A stretch of 64,000 nucleotides of DNA from assembly GCF_011386835.1 (NCBI RefSeq), contig NC_088800.1:558001-622000 (forward strand). The letters run 5' to 3'. The DNA is from Chrysemys picta bellii (lineage: Eukaryota). The notes beneath the pieces were generated by a model. It was not told the origin of the DNA and made no database searches. It worked only from the letters and a program-made list of their open reading frames with translations. Shown here piece by piece: positions 63,101-64,000 of the stretch; position 1 is the stretch's first letter, and every line of letters begins with the position of its first letter. Made by a program: the position numbers and the translations under genes.

Positions 63101-63276
63101 ACTGTTCAGGACCCAGGATGCCCACATGGTCAGGGGAGGCCAGCGGCTGCAGCGCACTTGGATGCGGTTGCGTAGGCGTTTCTCTGGGGTGATGATGGTG
63201 TTCCTGACCGGGGTTATGTTGAAATAAACCAGCTGGTGATGGTCTGTGAGCATCAGCTTCCTCTGCTTCTGGGGGT
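51073..63276 (-). CDS. CATSPER2: Cation channel sperm-associated protein 2 (5'-partial, 10 coding exons in window)
   Basis: 6TM channel with S4 [13 protein letters not shown], pore FTMDHW, C-terminal [14 protein letters not shown] and NMEDK-stop. Phases consistent. First coding exon not found in the window. Confidence 0.94.
51939..52100 (-). CDS. CATSPER2: CATSPER2 exon
   Basis: (L)[10 protein letters not shown]...[30 protein letters not shown]. Confidence 0.93.
52492..52595 (-). CDS. CATSPER2: CATSPER2 exon (low-similarity linker)
   Basis: [10 protein letters not shown]...KSSVKD. Strong acceptor ttcctctctcttcag and donor GTAAGT; supplies the required phase 2 to 1 bridge. Confidence 0.75.
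53030..53470 (+). mobile_element. Old CR1 ORF2 C-terminal fragment
   Basis: [29 protein letters not shown]. Confidence 0.75.
53558..53761 (+). repeat. Direct repeat copy B (CATSPER2 intron)
   Basis: By manual comparison, 2 substitutions and one 2-nt indel versus copy A. Confidence 0.95.
54012..55905 (+). mobile_element. Probable long solo LTR (Gypsy-type), interrupted by a MITE
   Basis: 3' end motif resembles the LTR ends at ~13190 and ~15090; boundaries approximate. Confidence 0.45.
54909..55192. mobile_element. PIF/Harbinger-like MITE, 284 bp
   Basis: TIR GGCTGTGTCTACACT / AGTGTAGACATAGCC; TGA/TAA flanks. Confidence 0.8.
56152..56251 (-). CDS. CATSPER2: CATSPER2 exon
   Basis: (V)[13 protein letters not shown]...[11 protein letters not shown]. 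Confidence 0.92.
56593..57571 (-). mobile_element. Relatively young CR1 3' fragment (~1 kb)
   Basis: FADDT RT motif near 57440; near-open [13 protein letters not shown]...[18 protein letters not shown]...; tail at ~56593. Confidence 0.92.
57941..58119 (-). CDS. CATSPER2: CATSPER2 exon (pore, S6)
   Basis: [24 protein letters not shown]...VAIM. Confidence 0.95.
58368..58566. mobile_element. Palindromic non-autonomous DNA transposon remnant
   Basis: Long internal inverted repeat; right end CTGGCTACGCCACTG is TIR-like; left TIR not found. Confidence 0.55.
59051..59175 (-). CDS. CATSPER2: CATSPER2 exon (S5)
   Basis: [20 protein letters not shown]...DLEYSMYF. Confidence 0.93.
59517..59672 (-). 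CDS. CATSPER2: CATSPER2 exon (S4)
   Basis: SVVPEFL...[20 protein letters not shown]...KTLK. Confidence 0.93.
60399..60571 (-). CDS. CATSPER2: CATSPER2 exon (S2-S3)
   Basis: VMDK...LKLTLEV...[16 protein letters not shown]. Confidence 0.93.
61270..61560 (+). mobile_element. LF-SINE (ancient SINE)
   Basis: cacctctatgtcactgg...accatctgatggct...gtggacaggtgcc...cacaaaaccacca matches the LF-SINE core as I recall it. Confidence 0.7.
61653..61721 (-). CDS. CATSPER2: CATSPER2 exon (S1)
   Basis: (S)[22 protein letters not shown]. Confidence 0.9.
62187..62889. mobile_element. hAT (Charlie-like) MITE, 703 bp
   Basis: TIR CAGAGGTGGGCAAACT / GGTTTGTCTGCCGCTG; TSD CAGTAGAA/CACTAGAA (7/8). Confidence 0.8.
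63103..63276 (-). CDS. CATSPER2: CATSPER2 exon
   Basis: (D)[16 protein letters not shown]...WASWVLN; donor GTATCCTTT. Confidence 0.92.
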
Positions 63277-64000
63277 CTGTAGGGAACAGTGACACAAAAC
63301 TCCTCCCAGGCCGTTCCTGGAGGACATGCAGGGAGGAAGAGGAGCCAGAGAGTCCAGCACAGCTAGACCTGTCCCCAGCAGGAGAGAGTTCCAGCCAGTA
63401 AGGAGAGGGGGTGAAAATGCCTGTCCCCTGCCTGCACTGCTGCGTGATACCCCTGGGGGAGCTGCATGGGTGCAGAAAAGCACATTTTGGCCCAGATCCT
63501 CAAAGGTATTTAGGCTTCTAACGTCCATCCATTTCGAGGATCTGGCCTTTCCTGCCTCAGTTGTGGAGAATAAATACAGGTAAGAGAGCAGCTTAGACAA
63601 CTCACCCAAACCCCAGTATAGAGCCACGGCCCCGCTGCAGCCCCAGCCATGTCACAGCCATTTGCAGCTAGGATGTGGAGGGAAGCCAATCAGGCTGGCA
63701 CCTCCAGGAACCCACCACCTTGCCCACACCTCCTCCGGAGTCAATGCTAGCTTCATGTCAGCAACCCTGCCCCTGGGGAGAGAAACACCCGCAGTGTGGG
63801 CACTTGTCAAACCCTAGGAGAGAGATGGGCTCACCACCCTCAGTGCCAGAGCTCTCTCCAGTGACCTCAGCACGGAGAAACTCGGCAGGCCTGTCCAGCA
63901 GAGCGAGAAGCATAGGGCATATTGCTGGGGGGTGGGGGTCCCTGCATGTGGTTTGTGGGGAGAGAGGAGCACTCAAGGTGAGATGCTGAGAGGTGTCTGA

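Noticed and set aside
63277-64000. Search for the first CATSPER2 coding exon
   Set aside because: No peptide resembling the expected N-terminus (ADAIRS-like) in any - frame; it presumably lies beyond the window.

Overview
Eukaryotic (vertebrate) genomic DNA, GC-rich and intron-containing. The repeat content (CR1 LINEs, hAT and Harbinger MITEs, Gypsy-type LTRs, an LF-SINE) plus an intact CATSPER2 points to a non-avian reptile, most likely a turtle (inference). It is the locus syntenic to human 15q15.3. Gene order: CKMT1 (+, 9 coding exons, 279-20030, 417 aa); STRC (-, 28 coding exons, ~44347-20519, ~1836 aa, first coding exon uncertain); a 3-exon ZIP subfamily II zinc transporter (+, 47730-49222, 294 aa) that to my knowledge has no counterpart at this position in human; and CATSPER2 (-, 10 coding exons in window, 63276-51073, first coding exon beyond the right edge). 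I resolved the exons by hand; every junction is GT-AG and keeps the reading frame. Most long ORFs in the supplied track are GC or tandem-repeat artefacts. Most interesting: the extra ZIP gene between STRC and CATSPER2; a ~98% identical direct repeat shared by a STRC intron and a CATSPER2 intron; a U12-type intron in CATSPER2; a three-layer transposon nest with recoverable target-site duplications (TSDs); and a CpG-rich VNTR carrying 9 metal-response-element cores. Comparisons with human or fish proteins and with repeat-family consensus sequences are from memory and need alignment to confirm.
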